Shown: positions 8,885 to 18,447, counted from the first letter of the stretch. The stretch: 64,000 nucleotides of DNA from Candidatus Niyogibacteria bacterium RIFCSPLOWO2_01_FULL_45_48 (GCA_001819395.1 MHMQ01000032.1:20150-84149), one strand, 5' to 3'. The notes: a model not told the origin generated them from the sequence alone. Numbers and translations are program-made.

Positions 8885-8992
8885 GTTCGTCTCCTTATCG
8901 TGTGTGCGAGTTTTGATCTCAATGGAACAATCCTTAAATTACTTTTTAATTATACCAAAAAATAGGCCGTTTGTCAATAGCTGAAGAAAAAT

Positions 8993-9014
8993 GCCTGCCT
9001 GCCGGCAGGCGGGG
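8993..9014. terminator. palindrome GCCTGCCTGCCGGCAGGCGGGG, bidirectional terminator-like (copy 1 of 2)
   Basis: Near-perfect palindrome immediately downstream of minus-strand pfkB gene (ends 9030), followed by T-run on minus strand; same palindrome at 15701-15722. Confidence 0.55.
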
Positions 9015-9029
9015 CTAAAATGGTCGTTT

Positions 9030-10022
9030 TTAAAGTCTTTTTGGTTTGTAGTCAGTGGGGGCTTCAGCTAAATATTTTTCTAGTTGTTTTCTGGTCAAGA
9101 GCCCTTTTTGCGCGCCTATTTGTTGGACGACTGACATTGAGTTGACCGGCCCCCACATGAGGGCGGTCGGAATGTCAAAACCGAGTGCCATGGCCGCGGT
9201 AAAAGTGGAAGAAAAAGAATCTCCGGCGCCGGTGCGTTCAAAGGGCGGTTTGGGGTCGGGATACATCGGCATATACCAGCATTCTTTGCCGTCGTGGGCG
9301 TAGGCGCCGTTCGGACCGTCGGTAATGACCGCAATTTTCGGGCCGAGCTCATGAATGCCCGAAAGTAATTTTTTAACGTCGCGCTCGCTTGTTTTTAAAA
9401 TTCGTTTGGCTTCGCCGACATTACAGAAAAAAAGTTCTGAAACAGAATAAATGTCGGCCAGCTGTTCCGAGCCCAGCTTTATCTGAAAAGTGCCGGGCTG
9501 GAATGCGAGTTTGGTTTCCGGATGGTTTTTGAGCCATTTGGCGATTTCGTGGTGGTAGGGAAGAGAGTTTTCCGCTAAAGACGAAAGATAGAGCCAGCGC
9601 GGGGCCGGAATATCCGGAAACTTATAATCGTATTCCTGGTGCTTTATTAAAATAGTCCGTTCTTCTTCATACCATAAAACATAATGATAGTTTGTTTCCT
9701 TGTCTTTATGGGTTTTGACGAATTCGGAGTTTACTTTTTCTTTTTTGAGTGTTTCCAGACATTCTTTGCCGTTTAGATCGTCGCCCATGTTTGAAACAAG
9801 ACCAGAAGCAAGGCCCAGGCGCGAGGCCGATACAGCGGCATTCGGGCTGTTGCCTACAGCCCGCACTACCTCCACGAATTCATAAGGCACCTTCTCGCCG
9901 AAGCTGAAACAGAGCTTGCAGTGCTCGCGGTTAATGTCGCAATTGACCGAGGCGTCTTTTATTCTGATAAAAGCATCTGTCGTAATGTCGCCCAAAGCGA
10001 CGAAATCCAGAGTTTTTTTCAT
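9030..10022 (-). CDS. PfkB-family carbohydrate/nucleoside kinase (ribokinase-like)
   Basis: 330 aa; C-terminal TGAGDSF...motif of ribokinase/PfkB family; GNSPNAAV N-terminal sugar-binding region. Confidence 0.75.
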   Translation of the reverse strand: MKKTLDFVALGDITTDAFIRIKDASVNCDINREHCKLCFSFGEKVPYEFVEVVRAVGNSPNAAVSASRLGLASGLVSNMGDDLNGKECLETLKKEKVNSEFVKTHKDKETNYHYVLWYEEERTILIKHQEYDYKFPDIPAPRWLYLSSLAENSLPYHHEIAKWLKNHPETKLAFQPGTFQIKLGSEQLADIYSVSELFFCNVGEAKRILKTSERDVKKLLSGIHELGPKIAVITDGPNGAYAHDGKECWYMPMYPDPKPPFERTGAGDSFSSTFTAAMALGFDIPTALMWGPVNSMSVVQQIGAQKGLLTRKQLEKYLAEAPTDYKPKRL

Positions 10023-10067
10023 AGGATTATTATAGCATCTGCCGAAGAATGTGTTAAAATGTGAATA

Positions 10068-10937
10068 ATGAAAATTCTTAAAGAGTATTTAGCGGAGGCT
10101 GGGAACGACGGCTTGGCCATAGGCCATTTCAACATTTCAAACCTTGTGCAGTTAAAAGGCATTTTATCAGCGGTAAAAAAGACGGGTGTTCCGGTAATGA
10201 TCGGGACGTCCGAGGGCGAGGCGGACTTTATCGGTTTTAAAATGGCCAGGGCCATGGTTGATGCGGTACGTGAGGAAACGGGGCTTCCGATATTTTTAAA
10301 CGCTGACCATTTTCACAGCTTTGAAAAAGTCAAAGAGGCGATTGACGCCGGATACGATTCTGTTTTGATTGACCTGTCGCGCGAGAATTATAAAAAAAAT
10401 CTGGAAGAAACCAAAAGGGTTGTTGAATACGCCCATAGCGTTAACCCAGCAATAAGCGTTGAAGGAGAGCTTGGTTATTTGGTGACCGAATCGTCAAAAG
10501 TGTACAAAGAGTCGTTTGAAATTCCTTCAGAATCGCTGACCAAGCCCGAAGAAGCCTTGAAATATGTAAACGAGACCGGTGTGGACAGATTCGCGCCAGC
10601 AGTCGGAAATTTGCACGGGATTGCGGCGAATGAACCGAAACTGGACTTCGAACTTATTAAAAAAATTCGGGCGGTTTTGCCTTCGGAAGTTGCGATGGTT
10701 TTACACGGAGGTTCTGGGATACCCGACGACCAGATGCGCGAGGCGGTCAAACTCGGTTTTAATAATATACATATTTCAACCGAAATCCGCGTGGCCTATG
10801 TTGACGCTCTTCGCAAAATGCTCGCCGCCGCCCCCGAAGAAACCACGCCCTATAAAATTTACAAACCAGTCATTGAGGCAGTTGCCTCCAAAACCGCCGA
10901 AAAACTGGAACTTTTCGGAAGTGTTAACAAAATTTAA
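10068..10937 (+). CDS. fba: class II fructose-bisphosphate aldolase
   Basis: 289 aa; LAIGHFN, DHFHSF, LHGGSG zinc-aldolase signatures. Confidence 0.85.
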   Translation: MKILKEYLAEAGNDGLAIGHFNISNLVQLKGILSAVKKTGVPVMIGTSEGEADFIGFKMARAMVDAVREETGLPIFLNADHFHSFEKVKEAIDAGYDSVLIDLSRENYKKNLEETKRVVEYAHSVNPAISVEGELGYLVTESSKVYKESFEIPSESLTKPEEALKYVNETGVDRFAPAVGNLHGIAANEPKLDFELIKKIRAVLPSEVAMVLHGGSGIPDDQMREAVKLGFNNIHISTEIRVAYVDALRKMLAAAPEETTPYKIYKPVIEAVASKTAEKLELFGSVNKI

Positions 10938-10948
10938 TATTAAGAATT

Positions 10949-11926
10949 ATGGAGAAAATATTTGTAACAAGGGCGGTTCCGGAGGCCGGAATAAATAAGT
11001 TAAAAGAAAAGGGATACGAGGTTGTCGTAAGTCCCAAAGACGGGGTTTTGGCGAAAGACGAATTGATCTCGGCGCTTAAGGCCGATAAATATGATGCAGT
11101 TTTATGTTTGTTGACAGATAAAATTGACGGAGATGTGCTGGACGCGGCAGGAAAGCAGACCAAAATTTTCGCAAATTACGCGGTTGGTTTTGATAACATT
11201 GACTTGAAAGCGGCCGAAGAGCGGGGAGTGATGATTACGAATACGCCGGGAGTTCTCACAAACACCGTTGCCGAACACACATTTGCTTTGATGCTTGCGA
11301 TATCGCATCGGATAGTTGAGGCGGATAAATTCACAAGGGCCGGTAAATATGACGGTTGGGCGCCGATGATGCTTTTGGGAAATGATTTGTCGGGCAAAAC
11401 AATCGGCGTTGTCGGCTTAGGGCGTATCGGTTCTCGCGTCGCGCATCACGCCTTCAACGGGTTTGACGCGAAAGTAATTTATAACGACATAAAAAGAAAT
11501 GAGGACTTTGAAAAAGAATTTGACGCTGTCTATAAAGAAAAACTGGAGGACCTGCTAAAAGAGGCCGACTATGTTTCAATACATGTTCCTCTTCTGGATT
11601 CAACGAGGCACTTAATAAATGCCGAGAGGTTGTCGCAAATGAAGCCGACAGCGTATTTGGTCAACACTTCCCGAGGCCCGATTGTGGACGAAAACGCTTT
11701 ATATGAAGCGTTGAAAAATAAAATTATAAAAGGAGCGGCAATTGATGTATTTGAAGAAGAGCCGAAGTTTGTTCCGGGCTTGGCCGAGTTGGATAATATC
11801 ATTTTAACCCCGCATATTGCATCAGCCACCGAGGAAACACGCAACGCCATGGCCGAACTTGCGGCCGAAAACGTAATTTCGGCTCTTGAGGGCCAAATCC
11901 CGCCCAATCTTGTCAAAAAGCAGTAA
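10949..11926 (+). CDS. D-isomer-specific 2-hydroxyacid dehydrogenase (glycerate/hydroxypyruvate reductase-like)
   Basis: 325 aa; NAD-binding VGLGRIGSRVA, catalytic HIASAT near C-terminus. Confidence 0.8.
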   Translation: MEKIFVTRAVPEAGINKLKEKGYEVVVSPKDGVLAKDELISALKADKYDAVLCLLTDKIDGDVLDAAGKQTKIFANYAVGFDNIDLKAAEERGVMITNTPGVLTNTVAEHTFALMLAISHRIVEADKFTRAGKYDGWAPMMLLGNDLSGKTIGVVGLGRIGSRVAHHAFNGFDAKVIYNDIKRNEDFEKEFDAVYKEKLEDLLKEADYVSIHVPLLDSTRHLINAERLSQMKPTAYLVNTSRGPIVDENALYEALKNKIIKGAAIDVFEEEPKFVPGLAELDNIILTPHIASATEETRNAMAELAAENVISALEGQIPPNLVKKQ

Positions 11927-11947
11927 AAGGGCTATGCTCATTTAATC

Positions 11948-12649
11948 ATGCTTACTTTAAAAGCTCGGGCCAGAGCAGTTTTGGGCAAGGGAAATAAAAC
12001 TCTTCGCAAAAAAGAGCTTATTCCGGCCGTGGTGTACGGGGCGGGCGAGCCTTCAAAATCAATCGAATTGAACCTTAAAGATTTTCAAAAGACATGGAAA
12101 GAGGCTGGCGAATCGGGTTTAATCGAGCTCGAAATGGAAAGCGAGAAGAAAAATGTTTTAATTAAAGACGTTCAGCTTGACCCGGTTAAAGATTTACCGA
12201 TTCACGCCGATTTTTATGCCGTTAAAATGGACAGAATGATTGAGGCCGCCGTTCCCATTAAATTTATTGGCGAATCAGTCGCGGTAAAAAATCTGGGGGC
12301 GAACTTGATCAGAGTTATGCATGAACTTGATATTGAAGCTTTGCCCAAAGATCTCCCGCATGAGTTGGAGGTGGATATTTCCGGGCTTGCCAATTTCGAC
12401 GATAGGTTTTTGGTTTCGGATTTGAAGTTGCCGACCGGTGTCAAGGTTTTGGCCGGACCCGAAGAAATAATAGCTTTGATTGAAGAGGTTAAGGTTGCGG
12501 AAGAAGTTCCGGCCGAAGCGCCGAGTCTTGAGGGCATAGAGGTTGTGGACAAGAAAGGCAAGAAGGAGGAAGAAGGCGCAGAATCCGGATCTGCCGAAAC
12601 GGAAGCAAAACCGAAATCCGAAACCGTAGAGAAAAAAACAAAAAAGTAA
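11948..12649 (+). CDS. rplY: ribosomal protein L25 / general stress protein Ctc form
   Basis: 233 aa; L25 beta-barrel core (KELIPAVVYG...) plus acidic/lysine-rich C-terminal extension. Confidence 0.75.
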   Translation: MLTLKARARAVLGKGNKTLRKKELIPAVVYGAGEPSKSIELNLKDFQKTWKEAGESGLIELEMESEKKNVLIKDVQLDPVKDLPIHADFYAVKMDRMIEAAVPIKFIGESVAVKNLGANLIRVMHELDIEALPKDLPHELEVDISGLANFDDRFLVSDLKLPTGVKVLAGPEEIIALIEEVKVAEEVPAEAPSLEGIEVVDKKGKKEEEGAESGSAETEAKPKSETVEKKTKK

Positions 12650-12663
12650 GCTATAATAAACTA

Positions 12664-13983
12664 ATGCTTAAAAACTTTAAGACCGCGCATGTGTTTGCGG
12701 TTTTGGCGCTTGGAATTTTTACAGCCGCCGCAGTGTTTGCCCAGACGGTAAATCCAGCCGATATTGGCGCAAGGCGAACTGAACTTGAGCAAGAACTTGC
12801 AGAACTTGAAAAAGAGGCCGAGGGACTGCGCGGCGTAATTTCCGGAAAACAGCAGGAATCGGCTTCTCTAGAGCGCGATATTTCAATACTTGATGCCCAG
12901 ATAAAAAAGGCCCAGCTTGAAATAAGGGCGCGGGATATATCTATAAGTAATATTACCGCGAGTATAGGAGAAAAGTCGGAAAAGATAGATGAGCTTTTAC
13001 TGAAAGTTGAACGGGAAAAAGACTCTCTCTCCGAGCTTATGCGCCGTCTCGACGAGCTGGATAAGGTTTCTTTGATTGAAACTCTTTTGGGCGGAGACAA
13101 TTTGTCTGAATTTTTCGCGGAACTTGACAGCCTCGAGTCAATCCAGCAATCTGTGCACGGCTCTATATCGCTTATAAAGGAAACTAAATCTTTGACCGAA
13201 GAGGAAATAGACAGTTTGGAATCCCGTAAAGCAGAAGAAACCCAGCTAAGAGGACTGCAGGTTTTGGAGAAGCGCAGGGTTGAAGAGCGGGAAGCCGAAA
13301 GAAAAAATATACTTAAAATTACCAAGGGACAGGAAGCCGAATATCAGAAGGTTTTAACCGCCAAACAAAAAGACGCGGCCACTATAAGGAGCCAGCTTTT
13401 TTTGCTGACCGGCTCTCCCGATATTCCTTTTGAGAAGGCGGTTGAACTCGCGAATAAAGCTTTTCAAAAAACGGGCGTTCGTCCGGCGTTTCTTTTGGGG
13501 GTTATAGCGGAGGAATCCAACCTTGGCGCGAATGTCGGAACAGGAAATTGGCGGGTTGACTTGTCTCATTCAAGGTGCGCTAAACAACGCGACGCGTTTG
13601 TGCAGATTACTTCGGAGCTGGGCCTCAATCCCGATTTGATGCCTGTTTCAAAAAAGGCCTGGTATGGCTACTGCGGAGGGGCGATGGGGCCTGCGCAGTT
13701 TATACCAACGACGTGGCAGTTATATAAAAATCTTGTAGCAAAACATACGGGACATAATCCGCCAAACCCCTGGGAACCCGAAGACGCATTTGTGGCATCA
13801 GCCCTACTTTTAAAAGACAACGGCGCGGCCGAAGGAACCTATACTGCCGAACGCAGGGCGGCCTTGAGATATCTTGCCGGCTCAAACTGGCAAAAATCAT
13901 CCTATGCTTTTTACGGAGATGATGTAATGGCTTTGGCCTCGAAATACCAGGAACAGATGAATATAATTCTTGCGCAAAGGTAG
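12664..13983 (+). CDS. secreted coiled-coil protein with C-terminal lytic-transglycosylase-like (lysozyme-like) domain
   Basis: Signal peptide; ~230 aa heptad-rich coiled coil; C-terminal LLGVIAEESN...GPAQFIPTTW resembles SLT-type catalytic Glu and GLMQ-like motif. Confidence 0.5.
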   Translation: MLKNFKTAHVFAVLALGIFTAAAVFAQTVNPADIGARRTELEQELAELEKEAEGLRGVISGKQQESASLERDISILDAQIKKAQLEIRARDISISNITASIGEKSEKIDELLLKVEREKDSLSELMRRLDELDKVSLIETLLGGDNLSEFFAELDSLESIQQSVHGSISLIKETKSLTEEEIDSLESRKAEETQLRGLQVLEKRRVEEREAERKNILKITKGQEAEYQKVLTAKQKDAATIRSQLFLLTGSPDIPFEKAVELANKAFQKTGVRPAFLLGVIAEESNLGANVGTGNWRVDLSHSRCAKQRDAFVQITSELGLNPDLMPVSKKAWYGYCGGAMGPAQFIPTTWQLYKNLVAKHTGHNPPNPWEPEDAFVASALLLKDNGAAEGTYTAERRAALRYLAGSNWQKSSYAFYGDDVMALASKYQEQMNIILAQR

Positions 13984-14033
13984 GGTTTGTGTTAAGTTTT
14001 GGGCGGTTGGACTTTGAGAGAGGAGGATTTGGT

Positions 14034-14780
14034 TTGAAAAGAGTGGTAATTATCACCGGCGCTTCGGGAGGAATAGGTCGAGCGGTTTCGAATTTATTTC
14101 AGTCAAGATGCGACATAATGAATACGGCGATAATTTGGGTTGACCGCCCTTTGGCAAGTCCCGTGGGCCTGGCTTGTAATCACAAATTTGTTCCTCTTGA
14201 TGTGACAGATAAATTTTCTTTTGCTCAAGGAATAAAAAATGTTTTGTCGTGGTATGTTAATCGTGGTCTCGTGTTGATAAATGCCGCGGGTGTTTTGCCC
14301 CCGCCCTCTCCTTTTGTAAAAACGAGCGAAGAAACAATAGAAAAAATACTCGCTGTTAATCTTCGTGGGACGATGAATTGCTGTAAGGCCGTTTTGCCGA
14401 TTATGCGCGAGCAAGGATACGGAAGAATCGTAAACGTTTCTTCAACCGCGGCGCAGAGCGGAGATCCGGGGAATACGGCTTACGCTGTATCCAAAGCCGC
14501 GGTGGAAAAACTGACAAAACAGCTTGCGATTGAAGCTCCTTTTAACAAAGACGGCGAGCCGTTTGACATAACCGTAAACGCAGTCGCGCCCGGAATCGTG
14601 GATACTCCGATGACCGCCGGCCTTTCTGAAAAAGCACTTGAGAAATATTTTGAACGCTCTCCCTTAAAAAGAAAAATAAAGCCGGAAGAAGTGGCCGAAG
14701 CCGTATACTTTTTGGCTACAGTTTCAGCCGCGATCAACGGCATTATTCTGCCGGTAGACGGCGGATACCTCGCGAGCTAA
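14034..14780 (+). CDS. short-chain dehydrogenase/reductase (SDR) family oxidoreductase
   Basis: TTG at 14034 7 nt after GGAGG; TGASGGIGRAV Rossmann motif, NAAG, YAVSKAAVEKLT catalytic Tyr-x3-Lys. Confidence 0.8.
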   Translation: MKRVVIITGASGGIGRAVSNLFQSRCDIMNTAIIWVDRPLASPVGLACNHKFVPLDVTDKFSFAQGIKNVLSWYVNRGLVLINAAGVLPPPSPFVKTSEETIEKILAVNLRGTMNCCKAVLPIMREQGYGRIVNVSSTAAQSGDPGNTAYAVSKAAVEKLTKQLAIEAPFNKDGEPFDITVNAVAPGIVDTPMTAGLSEKALEKYFERSPLKRKIKPEEVAEAVYFLATVSAAINGIILPVDGGYLAS

Positions 14781-14787
14781 CTTTTAA

Positions 14788-14822
14788 AATGTCGAACCTT
14801 CCAGGTTCGACATTTGTTTTGA
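14788..14822 (+). terminator. rho-independent terminator after SDR gene
   Basis: AATGTCGAACC-ttcca-GGTTCGACATT 11-bp stem followed by TGTTTTGAGTTTTTATTTTTTT. Confidence 0.7.
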
Positions 14823-15091
14823 GTTTTTATTTTTTTCTAAATGGTGCTGATTTAAAGCGATAGCAGATTTTTAGCACCTTTTTATTTTTTGACCAGTTGT
14901 TAAATTCGTCCATATGGTAAAAAATGACAACTTTTAGAAACATAGTCCAAAATCTATTCTCAAATTCTCAAGAATATTGGAATAGATTTAATTAAGCGCA
15001 AGCAAGGGTTTAAATGACTTGACAACAATGTTTTCCAGGCTTAATATTGGCGAGAGTAAGTTCTTTAAAAAGAGAGGGGGGGTAGGGCGCG

Positions 15092-15562
15092 ATGGCTGCC
15101 ATAAACGAAATTCTTTTTAGATATAACCGCTGCACACAGGAAGTCAAAGAAGCCGTAAATGTTTTATACACACAACTCGAAGGCTTGCAAAAATTGAGAA
15201 GGGAAATGAGGGGCTGTTTGGAAGGGTTGTGGGGAGCGTTGATGTGCGCTGTTGTCATGGCTTTTGTGGTCATACCGTTGATGTCAGGTTTTTTGCCAGC
15301 ACTTTTAGTTTTCGGAAAAAACTGGTTTTTTGTCGCGAGCTTCGTTTTGTGGTTTTTTGCGGTTTCTTTTATAAATTATATGACCGGATGGCGCATTTCT
15401 AAGCCGTATTTTGATGCGAAACGTCTGGAGTTGAAGAAAACCTTTTCGGGGTATGTAAACGAAAAAGACATTTTGGCTCTGCGATTTGTGTACGAATTTG
15501 ATCCTGATTTGGTAAGGTTGGCGGATCTTGAGTGGTTAGTTGCAAAACTGCGGGTTGATTAA
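15092..15562 (+). CDS. hypothetical membrane protein
   Basis: 156 aa, two to three TM helices, no motif. Confidence 0.35.
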   Translation: MAAINEILFRYNRCTQEVKEAVNVLYTQLEGLQKLRREMRGCLEGLWGALMCAVVMAFVVIPLMSGFLPALLVFGKNWFFVASFVLWFFAVSFINYMTGWRISKPYFDAKRLELKKTFSGYVNEKDILALRFVYEFDPDLVRLADLEWLVAKLRVD

Positions 15563-15700
15563 AATATTATCAAAACACAACTCGGATACACCGTATCCGA
15601 GTTTTTTATTTTTCCTGTTTTTGGAATGCTTTAACCACAGGATCCATGTCTCCGGACAAAATTCGCTCAATATTGTGCCACTTTTTGCCGATACGATGGT

Positions 15701-15722
15701 CCCTGCCTGCCGGCAGGCAGGG
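15701..15722. terminator. perfect palindrome CCCTGCCTGCCGGCAGGCAGGG (copy 2), bidirectional terminator-like
   Basis: 22-bp perfect palindrome between convergent genes (15562 end of + gene, 15733 end of prfA). Confidence 0.55.
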
Positions 15723-15732
15723 GTGATGTTAT

Positions 15733-16461
15733 CTATTTTTCAAAAGCCTTTATTATTGGGTCAAGGTTCCCTCCGAGTACTTTTTCAATATTATGGAATT
15801 TTTTACCTATTCTATGATCAGTAATCCTATCATCGGGAAAATTGTAAGTGCGGATTTTTTCGGAGCGGTCTTGCGTTCCGATCTGTTCTCTTCGCTGTTC
15901 TGTGGCGGAACCAGCTATTTTTTTCTCTTCCAGTTCAATGAGTTTTGAACGCAAAATATCCATTGCCCGTTCGCGGTTTGCCTGTTGTGAACGCTGGTCT
16001 TGCGAAAGCACCATCAATCCCGAGGATTTATGGACGACACGGACAGCCGTCTCCAATTTGTTGACGTTTTGCCCTCCGGGCCCGCTGGATCGGGTAAAAG
16101 AGATCTCAATATCCTGGGGTTTTATTTCAAAAGCTTCTATCGGATAAATTGGTAAAACCACCACAGACGCGGTGGAAGTATGGATTCGTCCCGATTTTTC
16201 CGTTGCGGGAATCCTCTGGACTCTATGTACCCCGGCTTCCTGTTTTAATTTTTCGTAAGCTTCCTGGTTTACTATTTCCATCACGAACTCTTTATATCCG
16301 CCCAGGTCGCTTGCCGACGAGCTTACAAAAACAGTTTTCCAGCCCTGCTTCTGGGAGTATTTTGTGTACATGTTCGCGAGCAGAGACGCAAATAAAGAAG
16401 CCTCCTGGCCTCCGGCGCCGGCTCTTATTTCCAGAATTATTGACTTTGGCGCCGAACTCAT
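15733..16461 (-). CDS. prfA: peptide chain release factor 1, lacking the N-terminal domain 1
   Basis: 242 aa; codon-recognition tripeptide PAT (RIPATEKSGRIHTS), GGQ motif (SGPGGQNVNK); begins at the position equivalent to E. coli RF1 residue ~110; in-frame TAA directly upstream of the ATG. Confidence 0.8.
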   Translation of the reverse strand: MSSAPKSIILEIRAGAGGQEASLFASLLANMYTKYSQKQGWKTVFVSSSASDLGGYKEFVMEIVNQEAYEKLKQEAGVHRVQRIPATEKSGRIHTSTASVVVLPIYPIEAFEIKPQDIEISFTRSSGPGGQNVNKLETAVRVVHKSSGLMVLSQDQRSQQANRERAMDILRSKLIELEEKKIAGSATEQRREQIGTQDRSEKIRTYNFPDDRITDHRIGKKFHNIEKVLGGNLDPIIKAFEK

Positions 16462-16694
16462 TTACCTTTTTTTACCGCACTCTTTGTTTTTGTCGCCCGT
16501 TCTCTTTTGGCTCTGAACTTCTCAACGCGTCCTGCGGTGTCAATTAGCTTTTCCTGTCCGGTAAAAAACGGGTGGCAATTGGCGCAGATTTCCACCTCTA
16601 TTTTTTCTTTGGCCGAGCCGATCTTATAAGTTTTTCCGCAGGCGCATTTTATAGTCGCTTGGGGATAATATGCCGGATGTGTATCTTTTTTCAT
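16458..16694 (-). CDS. rpmE: ribosomal protein L31
   Basis: 78 aa; CxxC...CxxCHPF zinc ribbon, DTAGRVEKF; TGA stop overlaps prfA start (ATGA). Confidence 0.9.
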   Translation of the reverse strand: MKKDTHPAYYPQATIKCACGKTYKIGSAKEKIEVEICANCHPFFTGQEKLIDTAGRVEKFRAKRERATKTKSAVKKGK

Positions 16695-16758
16695 GGTTTA
16701 AAGTTTAGCATAAAACTCGGACTTGCGCAATTGCTGGCAATGCCTTAAAATACCACCT

Positions 16759-17535
16759 ATGCCTGAAACCGAACTTAAAGAGCTTTCAGCGCCAATAAAC
16801 GTTGACCCCGAAATAGAAGAAATGTTCCGGGCCGGTTTGCATTTGGGCTATTCCAGGACCCGCCGGCATCCCAAAATGAAGCCGTATATATTTGGGTTGC
16901 GCAACAACATAGAAGTTTTTGACTTGGAAAAAGTTCGGGAAAAATTGCGTGAGGCCGAGGAGTTTTTGAAACAACTGGCATCCGAGCGCGGGATAATACT
17001 TATAGTCGGCTCAAAGCCGTCTGCCGCGCCACTTGTGGAAAAAGCCGGAGAAGAGCTGGGTATGCCGTATTCGGTTAGGCGGTGGCCGGGCGGATTTTTG
17101 ACCAATTTTGCCTCTCTTAAAAAGCGCGTTGAGCACCTTGAGGATTTAAAAGAAAAAAAATCATCGGGAGAACTTGCCAAATACACAAAGAAAGAACAGC
17201 TGGTTTTAGGAGACGAGATCATAAGACTTGAACGCAAATTCTATGGTTTGACGTCCCTTAAAAAATTGCCGGACGTGATGCTGATTATAGATCCGGGAGA
17301 AGAAAAAACCGCAACGACGGAAGCGCGCAAAATAGGTCTTAAAACTGTGGGAATCATGAATCTGGACTGCGACCCCGGTTTCGTGTCCTATCCAATTCCG
17401 GCCAATGACTCGGCCCATTCCAGCATTAAGTATGTTTTGGACCGTCTTGTCGCCGCATATAAATCCGGAGCCCAAATCGCCCCGGAACTAGCGGAAAAAA
17501 AAGAAAGCGAGACAAAAAAAGAAAAAGATGCCTGA
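16759..17535 (+). CDS. rpsB: ribosomal protein S2
   Basis: FRAGLHLGY...HPKMKPYIFGLRNNIEVFDLEKV S2 signature; ATG at 16759 chosen over upstream in-frame start. Confidence 0.85.
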   Translation: MPETELKELSAPINVDPEIEEMFRAGLHLGYSRTRRHPKMKPYIFGLRNNIEVFDLEKVREKLREAEEFLKQLASERGIILIVGSKPSAAPLVEKAGEELGMPYSVRRWPGGFLTNFASLKKRVEHLEDLKEKKSSGELAKYTKKEQLVLGDEIIRLERKFYGLTSLKKLPDVMLIIDPGEEKTATTEARKIGLKTVGIMNLDCDPGFVSYPIPANDSAHSSIKYVLDRLVAAYKSGAQIAPELAEKKESETKKEKDA

Positions 17536-17977
17536 TCTGGAGACCATAAAAAAACTTCGTTCAATTTGCGGGGCCTCAATGACTGACTGCAAAAGAGCTC
17601 TTGTGGAAGCCGGGGACGATCTCGGTAAAGCTCTTGAAATATTAAAAGAGCGCGGAGCTGAAATTGCCGAAAAAAAGGCATCCAGGGAAACCAAAGCCGG
17701 GGTCGTGGACGTCTACCTTCATTCCGATCGCAAGCTTGGCGCGATAGTCGAATTGAGAACTGAAACCGACTTTGTGGCGCGTACGGACGAATTTAAGGCG
17801 CTTGCGCACGATCTGGCAATGCAGATAGCGGCAGAGGGAGCGGAAAATACCGAAGAATTGTTGGTCCAGCCGTTTATAAAAGACCAATCAAAAACCGTAG
17901 GGGACTGTATCAAGGAGGCCACCGCTAAATTCGGGGAAAAAATAGAAGTGGCGAAGTTTTACAGAATAAACTTATAA
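17528..17977 (+). CDS. tsf: elongation factor Ts (short form)
   Basis: 149 aa; N-terminal UBA-like IKKLRSICGASMTDCKRALVEAGDDLGKALEILKERG; follows rpsB as in the conserved rpsB-tsf pair. Confidence 0.8.
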   Translation: MPDLETIKKLRSICGASMTDCKRALVEAGDDLGKALEILKERGAEIAEKKASRETKAGVVDVYLHSDRKLGAIVELRTETDFVARTDEFKALAHDLAMQIAAEGAENTEELLVQPFIKDQSKTVGDCIKEATAKFGEKIEVAKFYRINL

Positions 17978-17984
17978 TTAAATT

Positions 17985-18443
17985 ATGTTTACTTTTATTT
18001 TTTTCGCATCCCTCGCGGCCTTAAGCGCTGTTGGCGCTCTTTTGTTGGTCGGGTGGCAGATTTTGTCTTTGCGGTCTTTGTCCGAAAACGAACAAAAATC
18101 CAAAGCGGATGTCCTCCCGCCGTTTTTTGACTTTGTGCGCGAGGACGTTGTCCGGCCTTTTGAGGAGTTTGTGGCAGGCACTGTCAGGCCGGCCATGTTT
18201 AAAATCGGAGAAAAATTCTTACGCCGATTCAGGCTATTGGTTTTAAGGGCTGAAGCTCTTTTGCACCGCCTTTCCGACTACTTTCACGGAAAACGAATTG
18301 CTATTAAAAATGGCAACGGCGCATCTTCCCAATCCGGAAACGGCGGAAGTAAAAACTCCGAGTTTTGGGGCGAGATGCGTGAATTTAAAAACGGCCCGCA
18401 GAACAACCCCGATAACAATAAAACAAAAGATTCTGAAAAATAA
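17985..18443 (+). CDS. hypothetical protein with N-terminal TM helix
   Basis: 152 aa, low-complexity C-terminus. Confidence 0.3.
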   Translation: MFTFIFFASLAALSAVGALLLVGWQILSLRSLSENEQKSKADVLPPFFDFVREDVVRPFEEFVAGTVRPAMFKIGEKFLRRFRLLVLRAEALLHRLSDYFHGKRIAIKNGNGASSQSGNGGSKNSEFWGEMREFKNGPQNNPDNNKTKDSEK

Positions 18444-18447
18444 AAAA

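Noticed and set aside
12651-13325. 224-aa Ser-rich minus-strand ORF
   Set aside because: Antisense to the coiled-coil/transglycosylase gene. Composition (poly-Ser/Leu) is the typical mirror image of a Glu/Lys/Leu-rich coiled-coil coding strand.
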